From: an uncultured Gemmatimonadaceae bacterium
Lineage (GTDB): Bacteria > Gemmatimonadota > Gemmatimonadetes > Gemmatimonadales > Gemmatimonadaceae
Assembly (NCBI GenBank): GCA_963716745.1
Contig: OY970320.1
Location: 2,848,001-2,912,000 of the forward strand
DNA length: 64,000 bases
Reading direction: 5' to 3'
Shown: positions 21,039 through 33,554 of the stretch, piece by piece
Numbering within the stretch: position 1 is the first letter of the stretch
Layout of the letters: each line of letters opens with the position of its first letter
The notes under the pieces: generated by a model
Told to the model about the DNA's origin: nothing
The model's database searches: none
Seen by the model: the letters and a program-made list of their open reading frames with translations, nothing else
Position numbers and translations under genes: made by a program

Positions 21039-21886
21039 CCGGCCGGCGGGAATTCCTTCGGCGCGCCGGTGCCGCGCTCGCCGCGAGCGCGGTCGCTCCG
21101 CGACTCTTGAGCGCGCTCGATGCGCGAGCGGGACACATCGAGCGCATCGGGCTTCAGCTCTACACCGTGCGCGATGAGATGCAGAAGGATGTGGACCGCA
21201 CGCTGGCGCGCGTCGCGTCGATCGGGTACAAGGAAGTGGAATTCGCGGGATACTTCGGGCGCACGCCGAAGCAGATCCGCGCGGCGCTGGACACGAACGG
21301 GCTCGTCGCGCCCTCGGCGCACATCAGCATCGGCGACGTTCGCTCTCCCGACTGGCCGCGCACGATCGAAGGCGCGCACACGATGGGCATGAGTTATCTG
21401 ATCGTCGCCTCGCTCGACGACGCCGACCGCGTGTCGCAGGACAGCTACCGCGCGGCCGCCGACACGCTGATCGGCGCGAGCCCTGCCGCGGCGGCGGCGG
21501 GCATCACGATGGGCTATCACAATCACAACTATGAATTCACGCCGCTCAACGGGAAGAGCGGGCTCGCGGTGATGCTCGAACGCACTGCGGGATCGAGTGT
21601 CGTGTTCGAGATGGACATCTATTGGATCACCAGCGCGGGGCAGGACCCGCTCGCGTGGTTCGCCGCGTGGCCGGGCCGCTTCCCGTTGGTGCACGTCAAG
21701 GACGCGGGGCCTGCGCCCAAGTACGTGATGCACGATGTGGGTGCGGGGACGATCGATTGGAAGAAGATCTTCAAGATGAGCAAACAAGCCGGCATCACGC
21801 ACTACTTCGTGGAACACGACGATCCCGGCGACGCGTACACGTCCATCGCGGCGAGCTACGCGTACCTCAAGCAGTTGGATTTCTGA
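21035..21886 (+). CDS. Tat-exported sugar phosphate isomerase/epimerase (xylose-isomerase-like TIM barrel)
   Basis: RREFL Tat motif; GLQLYTVRD, GYHNHNYEF, EMDIYW, HVKD, VEHD. Confidence 0.88.
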   Translation: MTGRREFLRRAGAALAASAVAPRLLSALDARAGHIERIGLQLYTVRDEMQKDVDRTLARVASIGYKEVEFAGYFGRTPKQIRAALDTNGLVAPSAHISIGDVRSPDWPRTIEGAHTMGMSYLIVASLDDADRVSQDSYRAAADTLIGASPAAAAAGITMGYHNHNYEFTPLNGKSGLAVMLERTAGSSVVFEMDIYWITSAGQDPLAWFAAWPGRFPLVHVKDAGPAPKYVMHDVGAGTIDWKKIFKMSKQAGITHYFVEHDDPGDAYTSIAASYAYLKQLDF

Positions 21887-21892
21887 GCGATC

Positions 21893-22777
21893 ATGAACGA
21901 TCTCACCCGCCGCGACATGCTCGCCGCCACCGCCGCGCTCGGCGCGCTCGCGCTCGTCGATCCGCGAGCCGCCGCGGAATCCGCGGCGTCGCGCGAGGAC
22001 CGCGCGCCCGGTGCGGGGCGTCTCAAACAGTCGGTGGCGCGCTGGTGCTACGAATCCATTCCGCTGCCGCAATTCTGTTCGGCTGCGAAGGCGATGGGGC
22101 TCTCCGGCATCGATCTGCTGCAACAGAACGAATGGAGCTCGGTGAACGATGCCGGACTCACCTGCTCGATGGGCTACGCGTCCGATCGGCAGGATTTCCT
22201 GCGGAACGGATTCACGAACCGCGCGAGCCACCCGATGCTGCTCAAGGAGTACGAGCTCGCGCTGCCCGCGGCGAAGGCGAAAGGAGTGCCCAACCTCATC
22301 GCGATGTTCGGCAATCGCGATGGCCGCAGCGACGCCGATGCGATCGCCGCGGCGATCGATGGTCTGAAGCAACTCGCGCCGATGGCGGAGCAGGCGGGCG
22401 TCACGATCTGCGTGGAGCTGCTGAACTCCAAGGTGGACCACAAAGGATACCACGGCGATCATACGGCGTTCGGCGTGGCGGTGATCTCCGCCGTGGGCTC
22501 GCCGCGTGTCAAACTGCTGTACGACATCTACCACATGCAGATCATGGAAGGCGACATCATCGCCACGATCCGCGCGAACGCGCAGTACATCGGGCACTAT
22601 CACACGGGCGGGGTGCCTGGGCGGCACGAATTGGACGACACGCAGGAGCTCGACTGGCGCGGGATCTCACGCGCGATTGCGGACACGGGCTACACCGGGT
22701 TCGTCGCGCACGAATTCCTTCCGACGCGCGACCCACTGACCTCGCTGCGCGAGGCAGTGGTCGTGTGCACCGTTTGA
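21893..22777 (+). CDS. Tat-exported hydroxypyruvate-isomerase-like TIM barrel protein
   Basis: TRRDML; ELLNSKVDH, LYDIYHMQIMEGD, HYHTGGVPGRHE. Confidence 0.88.
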   Translation: MNDLTRRDMLAATAALGALALVDPRAAAESAASREDRAPGAGRLKQSVARWCYESIPLPQFCSAAKAMGLSGIDLLQQNEWSSVNDAGLTCSMGYASDRQDFLRNGFTNRASHPMLLKEYELALPAAKAKGVPNLIAMFGNRDGRSDADAIAAAIDGLKQLAPMAEQAGVTICVELLNSKVDHKGYHGDHTAFGVAVISAVGSPRVKLLYDIYHMQIMEGDIIATIRANAQYIGHYHTGGVPGRHELDDTQELDWRGISRAIADTGYTGFVAHEFLPTRDPLTSLREAVVVCTV

Positions 22778-22787
22778 CCGGCGACCA

Positions 22788-23405
22788 ATGGAACGACGCG
22801 ACGCCCTGAGGCTGCTCGCCGCATCGGTGGCCGGCTCGGCGCTCCTGCGCTGGGAGCCGGAGGCGCTCATCGCGGCCATCCGGCCGCATTTGGATCGTGA
22901 GCCGCGCGCCGGCGCTGCGGCGGACTATCGCTTCCAAGTGCTCGACGCGCACCAGCAGAAGACCGTCGCCGAACTCTGCGACATGATCATCCCGGCCACC
23001 GGCACGCCCGGCGCGAGCGCCGTGAGAGTCGATGAATTCATTGACGTGATCCTCGCCGAGTGGTGCAGCGATGCCGATCGTACGGCGTTCTTGAAAGGAA
23101 TCTCGGATCTCGATGCCGCATCAATGCAGGCGAACGGCGTCGCGTTCGTCGAGGCGACGGAGGAGCAGCGCGCGGCGCTGCTCACGAGTCTCGACAACGA
23201 ACTGACCGCGGCTCGCGCGGTTCGAAAGGCATGGAAACGCGGCGCCGGTCCGCCGCCGCCGGATCACACGAAGATGTTCTGGCACCAGCTGCGCTCGCTC
23301 ACCGTCACCGGCTACTACACGAGCGAGATCGGCTACACCGTGGAGCGGCAGGAGGTGCTGATCCCGGGCATCTACAAGGCGTGCACGCCCGTGGAGCGCC
23401 GCTGA
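22788..23405 (+). CDS. Gluconate 2-dehydrogenase subunit 3 family protein (Tat)
   Basis: MERRDAL; IIPATGTPGA; GYYTSEIG. Confidence 0.88.
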   Translation: MERRDALRLLAASVAGSALLRWEPEALIAAIRPHLDREPRAGAAADYRFQVLDAHQQKTVAELCDMIIPATGTPGASAVRVDEFIDVILAEWCSDADRTAFLKGISDLDAASMQANGVAFVEATEEQRAALLTSLDNELTAARAVRKAWKRGAGPPPPDHTKMFWHQLRSLTVTGYYTSEIGYTVERQEVLIPGIYKACTPVERR

Positions 23406-23407
23406 CC

Positions 23408-25091
23408 GTGGCGCCGCGAACGTTCGATGCCATCGTGGTGGGCTCCGGGATGACCGGCGGCTGGGCCGCGAAGGAATTCACCGAGCACGGATTGCGCACG
23501 CTCGTCCTGGAAGCCGGTCGCGACATCGTGCCCGAGCGCGATTACAACGAGCACGTCGCGCCCTGGCAGATGCACTTCCGGGACATGGGCGACCGCAAGG
23601 CGCTCGATCGCGACCAGCACATCCAGAAGGAATGCTACGCGTGCGATGAGATGGGTTCGCGCTTCTTCGTGAGCGACATCGAGAATCCGTACGTGCAGGA
23701 GCCCGGCACCGAATTCATGTGGATCCGCGGGCGCCAGGTGGGCGGCCGCTCGATCATGTGGGGGCGCCAGGTGTACCGCTGGAGCGATCTCGACTTCGAA
23801 GCGAACGCACGCGACGGCCACGGCGTCGACTGGCCCATCCGCTACGCCGACATCGCGCCGTGGTACTCGCACGTCGAACGGTTCATCGGCGTGACGGGGA
23901 ACCCGGAAGGACTACCGCAACTCCCCGATGGCGAGTTCCTGCCGCCGATGGCGCTCACGTGCGTCGAAGAACACATGCGCGACACGCTCGCGCAGAAGTA
24001 CAATGGCGAGCGGATGCTCACGATCGGCCGCGCCGCGGTGCTCACGGTGAACCACAATGGCCGCGCGGCGTGCCACTACTGCGGGCCGTGCGAGCGCGGA
24101 TGCATCACGCGGTCGTACTTCTCCTCGGTGAACGCGACGCTCCCCGCCGCGCGCAAGACGGGGCTGATGACGCTGCGCCCGAACAGCGTGGTGCTCGCGC
24201 ATCATCTGGGACAAGAAGACGGGCAGAGCGCGCGGCGTCGAAGTGATCGACGCCAAGACGAAAGAGACAATGGAGTTCCGCGCGCGCGTCGTCTTCCTCT
24301 GCGCCTCCACCATGGAATCGGCGCGCCTGCTGCTGCTCTCGGCGTCCCCCGACTGGCCCGATGGCCTCGCGAATTCCAGCGGCGAGGTGGGGCACAATCT
24401 CATGGACCACACCATGGGCAGCTGGTCGAGCGGCACGTTCGAAGGATGGACCGACAAGAAGACGTTCGGCCGCCGCCCGAACGGCACGTACATCCCGCGC
24501 TTCCGGAACGTGTCCAAGCAGCACCCCGATTTCCTGCGCGGCTATGGCATGCAGGGCGGGGGATTCCGCGGACATCCGAACGCCGACGACACGCCCGGCT
24601 TCGGCGCTGCGTACAAGGAAGCGCTCCGTTCCTGGGGGCCGTGGACCTTCTCGCTCGGCGGATGGGGCGAGTGTCTGCCGAATCACGACAATCACGTGTC
24701 GCTCGATCCGGAGAAGAAGGACGCGTGGGGCGTGCCCGCGCTGCGCGTCAGCGCGAAGTGGGGGGAGAACGATATCAAGCTGGTGAACGACGGCGCGCTC
24801 TGCGGCGCGGAGATGCTCGAGGCGGCAGGCGCCAAGAACATTAAGTCGGAGAACACCCCGACGCCAATGGGACTCTGCATCCACGAGATGGGAACGGCGC
24901 GCATGGGGCGCGATCCGCGGACGTCCGTGCTCAACGGCTGGAACCAGTCGCACGACGTGAAGAACCTCTTCATCACCGACGGCGCGTGCATGGCGAGTTC
25001 GGGCTGCCAGAATCCGAGCCTCACCTACATGGCGCTCACCGCGCGCGCGGTGGACCATGCCATGAAGGAGATGAAACGCGGCGCGCTCTGA
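23408..25091 (+). CDS. GMC family oxidoreductase (frameshift ~24198)
   Basis: VVGSGMTGGWAAKE FAD-binding motif, GGRSIMWGR, HEMGTARMG, CQNPSLTYMALTAR. Confidence 0.9.
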
Positions 25092-25100
25092 GCGCACGCG

Positions 25101-25778
25101 TCACTCCGGGCAGTCGCTCGCGAGCTTGGATTTGCTGAGAGCCGACGGATCAGCGCCGTGCGCGATGAGCGTGTGGGCCATGCGCCGGAAACGCGCGAGC
25201 TCGGCCGCGGTGTTCTTCGCCGCGTGGGACACCTCCAGGATCACGCGCCCGCCAGGCATGGTCCACTCTTCGAGTCGCGCGCGCTTGGAGTCGTAGCGCA
25301 CCATGATCGCCGAGCACGCTTTGAGCATCGCGTGGAGCGCCGGCGGGGGTTGGGCCGCTTCGAGCGTGCACGCATATGAGTACGCGCGCACGAGCGAGTC
25401 GCCATCGAGGATCGTGATGTCCAGCTGCTCGGAGCGTTCGAACTGCAACGCGGGCGGGCACCTCCAATTCACGGGCCACGGCGTGTCCCGCCGGTACTTG
25501 AGCCGGACTTCGGCCTCGCCATCGTGCGACGAGCGTAGGCGGAGGATCACCGCTGTGCTCTCCGGCGGGGCCAATGCCGGCGGCTCGTCGAAGTAGCGGA
25601 CCTCGTAGTCCGACTGCTTCGCGTTCGACACGCCGAGCAACTCGAGCACCGCGGCCGGCGTCTGCGGCCCGCCATCCGCGGGCGCCCACCGGATCGCGAA
25701 CTCCGCCTCCGCCGGTTCGCGCGACTGCAGCGCAGTAATGAGTGCGGCCGCGATGGCCGCGCCGAGCAAGAGTCTCAT
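25101..25778 (-). CDS. Hypothetical protein with CYTH-like motifs
   Basis: EFAIRW, EVRYFD, ILRLR, VRLKYR, LEVS; hydrophobic N-terminus. Confidence 0.5.
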   Translation of the reverse strand: MRLLLGAAIAAALITALQSREPAEAEFAIRWAPADGGPQTPAAVLELLGVSNAKQSDYEVRYFDEPPALAPPESTAVILRLRSSHDGEAEVRLKYRRDTPWPVNWRCPPALQFERSEQLDITILDGDSLVRAYSYACTLEAAQPPPALHAMLKACSAIMVRYDSKRARLEEWTMPGGRVILEVSHAAKNTAAELARFRRMAHTLIAHGADPSALSKSKLASDCPE

Positions 25779-25800
25779 GCGCACGAATGTAGTGGTAGGC

Positions 25801-25822
25801 CACAGCCGACAGCCAACAGTCC
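25801..25822. repeat. Heptamer family D half-site (ACAGCCG ACAGCCA ACAGTCC)
   Basis: Same units as 17145 and 39490, single arm only, just upstream of the rpsL promoter. Confidence 0.65.
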
Positions 25823-25838
25823 GCCGTTAGCCCCTGCG

Positions 25839-25867
25839 TTGACTTAACCCCTCTCCCCGTCTACTTT
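25839..25867 (+). promoter_or_regulatory. Sigma70-type promoter of rpsL-rpsG
   Basis: TTGACT-N17-TACTTT about 70 nt before the rpsL ATG. Confidence 0.75.
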
Positions 25868-25937
25868 CCACGTTCTGTTCCGTGCCGCCCATCGGGCGAT
25901 CCACGTAGGATCAGATCCACGAACGAATACGAGTCGA

Positions 25938-26327
25938 ATGCCAACGATCAACCAGCTCGTCCGGCGGAGCCGGCACGACGTCGCCAAGAAGGAAAAGGCG
26001 CCGGCGCTGAAGGGGAATCCGCAGAAGCGCGGTGTGTGCACCCGCGTGTACACCACCACTCCGAAGAAGCCGAACTCCGCGCTCCGCAAGGTCGCGCGCG
26101 TGCGCCTCACGAACGGCTTCGAAGTCAGCGCCTACATTCCCGGCGAAGGCCACAACCTGCAGGAGCACTCGATCGTGCTCATTCGCGGCGGCCGTGTGAA
26201 GGACCTGCCGGGCGTTCGCTACCATATCGTGCGCGGCACGCTCGATGCATCGGGCGTCAATGGCCGCAACCAGAGCCGTTCCAAGTACGGCGCCAAGAAG
26301 CCGAAGGCCGGGGGAGGTAAGAAGTGA
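25938..26327 (+). CDS. rpsL: 30S ribosomal protein S12
   Basis: [32 protein letters not shown]. Confidence 0.99.
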   Translation: MPTINQLVRRSRHDVAKKEKAPALKGNPQKRGVCTRVYTTTPKKPNSALRKVARVRLTNGFEVSAYIPGEGHNLQEHSIVLIRGGRVKDLPGVRYHIVRGTLDASGVNGRNQSRSKYGAKKPKAGGGKK

Positions 26328-26794
26328 GCCGCCGCCAGAAGTCCGTCAAGCGCACGCTCCTCGCTGATGCGCGCTACGACAGCCAGACGGTCTCGAAGTT
26401 CATCAACACGTTGATGATCGAGGGCCGCAAGTCCACCGCCGAGTCGATCTTCTACGGCGCGATGGACCTCGTTGAGACGCGCACCGGCCAGACGGGCGTC
26501 ACCGTGTTCAAGGCCGCGCTGCAGAACATCAAGCCGGTGGTGGAAGTGAAGAGCCGCCGCGTTGGCGGCGCCACGTACCAGGTGCCGGTGGAAGTGCGCC
26601 CCGAGCGCCGCACGGCCCTCGCGATGCGCTGGCTGATGTCGTTCGCGCGCGAACGCAGCGAGAAGTCGATGGCCGAGAAGCTGGCCGCCGAAGTGGTCGC
26701 TGCGAGCAAGGGCGAAGGCAACGCGGTGAAGAAGAAGGAAGACACGCACCGCATGGCGGAAGCGAATAAGGCGTTCGCGCATTACCGCTGGTAA
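26324..26794 (+). CDS. rpsG: 30S ribosomal protein S7
   Basis: [27 protein letters not shown]. Confidence 0.99.
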   Translation: MSRRQKSVKRTLLADARYDSQTVSKFINTLMIEGRKSTAESIFYGAMDLVETRTGQTGVTVFKAALQNIKPVVEVKSRRVGGATYQVPVEVRPERRTALAMRWLMSFARERSEKSMAEKLAAEVVAASKGEGNAVKKKEDTHRMAEANKAFAHYRW

Positions 26795-26831
26795 CGGCGA
26801 GTCGTTGGTCGTACGCGTTTGGAACGACAAT

Positions 26832-26868
26832 GGCCCCGCGAGACGAGATCTCGCGGGGCTTGTTGCTT
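26832..26868 (+). terminator. Terminator-like hairpin after rpsG
   Basis: GGCCCCGCGAGA-CGAGA-TCTCGCGGGGCT followed by TGTTGCTT. Confidence 0.7.
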
Positions 26869-26920
26869 CACGCCTGCGCGGCGGCCAAGTTCTGGATTCA
26901 GTCCTGAGCGGGGGAGTACC

Positions 26921-27946
26921 ATGACGAACAACAGTTCGAGTTGGCCGGCGCGAGTCCGCACGGCACTCGTCGCGGCGCTGCTGGTCGCGTATTCGGCGGC
27001 CTCGGTGGCGCAGACGCCGGCGCAGTACCAGGCGGCGGTGGATGCCGCGTACACCAAGTACAAGACCCTCGCCGAGGGCAAGAATGCCGACTACATCCCC
27101 GCGCTCGCGAAGGTGGATCCAGCGCTGTTCGGCATCGTGCTCATCACGTCGGACGGCAGGACGTACAGCGCCGGCAACGTGGCCACCGAGGTCTCGATCC
27201 AATCGATCTCGAAGGTGTTCACGATGGCGCTGGTGATGCAGCAGCAGGGCGCGGATGCGATCCTCAACACCATCGGGGCGGACGCGACGGGAATGAAGTT
27301 CAACTCGATCGTGTCGGTCGAGATGAGCAAGGGCGCTCCGGAGATGAATTCGCTGGTGAATCCCGGCGCGATCGCGACGACGAGCATGGTGCAGGGCAAG
27401 AGTTACGATGAGATCTGGGGCAGCATCCTCACGACGTACAGCGCATTCGCGGGCCGTCAGCTCAGAGTGCTGGATGATGTGTACCAGTCGGAGGCGGCGA
27501 CGAACCAGCGCAACCAGGCGATCGGCGCGCTCATGTACGCGTACGGGTACATCAAGGCGGATCCGGCGCGCGCGACGGACATCTACACGCGGCAGTGCTC
27601 GGTGGGGGTCAACGCGCGCGATCTCGCGAACATGGCCGCGACGCTGGCGTTCGGCGGCGCGAACCCCGTGAGCAAGGTTCAGGTGGTCCCGGCGAATATC
27701 GTGCCCAAGGTGCTGGCCGTCATGGCGACGGCGGGCCTCTACGACAACTCGGGGAAGTGGCTCTTCAATACGGGGCTGCCCGCGAAGAGCGGCGTGGGCG
27801 GCGGGATCATCGCCGTGTCGCCCGGCAAGTTCGGCATCGCTGTCGTGTCGCCGCCGCTGGATGACGCCGGCAATAGCATCCGGGCGCAGAAGGCGATCGC
27901 GGACATATCGAATGCGTTGGGTGGCAATCCCTACGCGAAACGGTAG
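26921..27946 (+). CDS. glsA: Glutaminase A with N-terminal signal peptide
   Basis: NADYIPALA, IQSISK (SxxK), VNPGAI, GLPAKSGVGGGI, SPPLDDAGNS. Confidence 0.95.
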   Translation: MTNNSSSWPARVRTALVAALLVAYSAASVAQTPAQYQAAVDAAYTKYKTLAEGKNADYIPALAKVDPALFGIVLITSDGRTYSAGNVATEVSIQSISKVFTMALVMQQQGADAILNTIGADATGMKFNSIVSVEMSKGAPEMNSLVNPGAIATTSMVQGKSYDEIWGSILTTYSAFAGRQLRVLDDVYQSEAATNQRNQAIGALMYAYGYIKADPARATDIYTRQCSVGVNARDLANMAATLAFGGANPVSKVQVVPANIVPKVLAVMATAGLYDNSGKWLFNTGLPAKSGVGGGIIAVSPGKFGIAVVSPPLDDAGNSIRAQKAIADISNALGGNPYAKR

Positions 27947-27956
27947 AGTACCCGCC

Positions 27957-28661
27957 ATGGAGAACCGAGTCCGCGCCTTCTGGACCAGCGACCGGAGCTT
28001 GAACGTCCTGCTCTGGCTGCTCTGCATCACGATCTTCGGAGTGATCCCGGTGCTCGGACTCGAGGCGCTGCCGGGCTGGGAGCACGAGACGCTCACGGCG
28101 TTCTTCTCGCTCGTGATGGTCAGCGCGGTGCTCTCGGCGTGGAGCGAGAAGCACACGCGGCGACTGATCTTCGTCGCCGCGCTGCTGCCGCTCTCGCTGC
28201 TCTGGCTGGAGCTGTTCTACAAGGAGCCATGGTTCGCCATTGCGAGCGGCAGCATCCGGCTCTCGATGGTGGCGGTCTTCGCGGCGGTACTGCTTGGACG
28301 CGTACTCGCCGAGGGGCCGGTCACTGGAGCACGGCTCAAGGGTGCGATCGCGGTCTATCTGCTGCTGGGCGTGATCTGGGAGGAGTTGTACCGCGTCGTC
28401 TCGATCGGGGCGCCCGGGGCGCTCTCGGTCGCGGCGCGCGATGTGAACAGTCTGAAGTACACGGCGGAACTGATGTATTTCAGCTTTTCGACCCTGACGA
28501 CCGCGGGCTACGGCGACATCGTGCCGGTGAACCCCATCGCCCGCTCGCTGGCAAACGCGGAGGCAATCACGGGGCAGATGTACATCGTGCTGCTCATCGG
28601 GAGACTGCTTTCACTGCACTTGGCGCAGGAAGGAGAGAGGCAGAGGGCGGCCAAAGAATGA
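27957..28661 (+). CDS. Potassium channel family protein (Ion_trans_2)
   Basis: YFSFSTLTTAGYGDIVP pore signature, multiple TMs. Confidence 0.88.
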   Translation: MENRVRAFWTSDRSLNVLLWLLCITIFGVIPVLGLEALPGWEHETLTAFFSLVMVSAVLSAWSEKHTRRLIFVAALLPLSLLWLELFYKEPWFAIASGSIRLSMVAVFAAVLLGRVLAEGPVTGARLKGAIAVYLLLGVIWEELYRVVSIGAPGALSVAARDVNSLKYTAELMYFSFSTLTTAGYGDIVPVNPIARSLANAEAITGQMYIVLLIGRLLSLHLAQEGERQRAAKE

Positions 28662-28670
28662 CTGCGACCA

Positions 28671-28788
28671 CCGGGAACCGATTGCCGGGAACCGGTGATG
28701 CATAACAACACATGGCATCACGACGTCGCGCGAAGTCGTGATGCCATGCGTGTTCATGCCGCACCGGTTCCCGGCAATCGGTTCCCGG
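28671..28788 (+). repeat. Palindromic element family A, copy 3
   Basis: 118-bp hairpin with family A arms and inner stem CATGGCATCACGAC / GTCGTGATGCCATG. Confidence 0.9.
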
Positions 28789-28808
28789 CTGTTCGGGAGT
28801 AGGCAGGG

Positions 28809-28836
28809 TTGACACCGCCCATTTTCCGAGTACTTT
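28809..28836 (+). promoter_or_regulatory. Sigma70-type promoter upstream of fusA
   Basis: TTGACA-N16-TACTTT; same -10 hexamer as the rpsL promoter. Confidence 0.7.
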
Positions 28837-29052
28837 TCCCAGGCTAACCCGAACCGTCGCAATCGCTTTACCCGGTTCGAACAACTGATCGCCGCGGCAT
28901 CGTGCCGCGACGCGCCCTTGGGTCCCCGTTCGCGCGACAGTGGCGAGCGCACCCGGACGGCAGCGGATGGATACCGGCTCCTCACGGAGCGCCCGGTCCA
29001 GCCGATTTTTTATTGATTGGCACTACACCTCGCCCCGCGGCGAACTGAGTCT
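28837..29052 (+). promoter_or_regulatory. Structured 5' leader of fusA (candidate attenuator/r-leader)
   Basis: Stems 28850-28879, 28893-28909, 28920-28954 and 28964-29004, the last followed by a T6 tract. Confidence 0.5.
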
Positions 29053-31149
<2,097 letters not shown>

Positions 31150-31154
31150 ACGAC

Positions 31155-31218
31155 GCGGGAAGCGGCAAGCGGGAAGCGCGATCGCGCGAGCAGTTTCGCT
31201 TCCCGCTTCCCGCTTCCC
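31155..31218. repeat. Heptamer palindrome family D (GCGGGAA / TTCCCGC)
   Basis: Three units per arm in the fusA-tuf spacer. Confidence 0.85.
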
Positions 31219-31249
31219 TGTAACATCAGACTTTCACTCTCTAGGAATC

Positions 31250-32445
<1,196 letters not shown>

Positions 32446-32460
32446 CCAGAGAGCGACAAC

Positions 32461-32766
32461 ATGGCACGCATCCGAATCCGTCTCAAAGCCTTCGACCACG
32501 CGGTCATCGACCAGGCGAGCGCCGACATCGTGCGCACCGCCGAGAAGTCGGGCGCGCAGGTGAGTGGCCCGATCCCGCTGCCCACGAAGACGCAGCGCTG
32601 GACCGTGCTCCGGTCGCCGCACGTTGACAAGAAGTCGCGGGAACAGTTCCAGCTCAAGACGCACAAGCGCGTGATCGACATCCTCGATTCCCGCGCGCAG
32701 ACGATGGATGCGCTCACCAAGCTGGATCTTCCGGCCGGCGTGGACGTCGAGATCAAGGTCGAATAG
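32461..32766 (+). CDS. rpsJ: 30S ribosomal protein S10
   Basis: [23 protein letters not shown]. Confidence 0.99.
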   Translation: MARIRIRLKAFDHAVIDQASADIVRTAEKSGAQVSGPIPLPTKTQRWTVLRSPHVDKKSREQFQLKTHKRVIDILDSRAQTMDALTKLDLPAGVDVEIKVE

Positions 32767-32865
32767 CTCGGGAAACATCCGCGGCGCACAGGGCGCCCCG
32801 GTGATCCCCATGGTCCAACAGCGCGCTGGAATATTCCCGGCGCCTGCGACTCAGCGAGGCACGTG

Positions 32866-33549
32866 ATGATCGGTATCATTGGAAAGAAATTGGGCATGAC
32901 CCAGATCTTCAACGAAGCGGGGCAGCAGATCCCGTGCACGGTCATCGAGGCCGAGCCGAACCCCGTGGTGCAGGTGCTCGACAAGGCGAAGATGGGTTAC
33001 GCCGCGGTCCAGCTCGGACTCGGCAAGCAGGTCATGAAGCGCGAGTCGAAGGCGAAGGAGAGGACGCCCAAGGGGCGCCGCGCGCACGAGGCGCAGATCG
33101 GCCACGCCAAGAAGGCGGGGCTCGATGTGCCGCCCGCGATCCTGCGCAGCTTCCGTCTGGATGATGCGCCGGGCAAGAACCCGGAGATCCCGGCGTACAA
33201 CGTGGGCGATGTGATCAGAGTCGACATCTTCAAGGTCGGCGAGCGGGTGAAGGTGACGGGCACGTCGAAGGGCCGCGGATTCCAGGGCGTCGTGAAGCGC
33301 TGGAACTTCGGCGGCGGTCCGAACACGCACGGCAACACGAAGCACCGCCGTCCCGGCTCGATCGGACCCGGCACGGACCCGTCGCGTGTCATCAAAGGCA
33401 AGAAGATGCCCGGCCACTTCGGCGCCGAGCGTTGTACGCAGACCGATCTCCGCGTCGAGAAGATCGATATGGAGCGCAACCTGATCTATGTCCGCGGCGC
33501 GGTGGCCGGTCCCAAGACCGGGATCCTCCTCGTCCGCAAGCAGGGTTAA
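32866..33549 (+). CDS. rplC: 50S ribosomal protein L3
   Basis: GKKLGMTQIF, SKGRGFQGVVKRW, GKKMPGH. Confidence 0.99.
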   Translation: MIGIIGKKLGMTQIFNEAGQQIPCTVIEAEPNPVVQVLDKAKMGYAAVQLGLGKQVMKRESKAKERTPKGRRAHEAQIGHAKKAGLDVPPAILRSFRLDDAPGKNPEIPAYNVGDVIRVDIFKVGERVKVTGTSKGRGFQGVVKRWNFGGGPNTHGNTKHRRPGSIGPGTDPSRVIKGKKMPGHFGAERCTQTDLRVEKIDMERNLIYVRGAVAGPKTGILLVRKQG

Positions 33550-33554
33550 CGACC

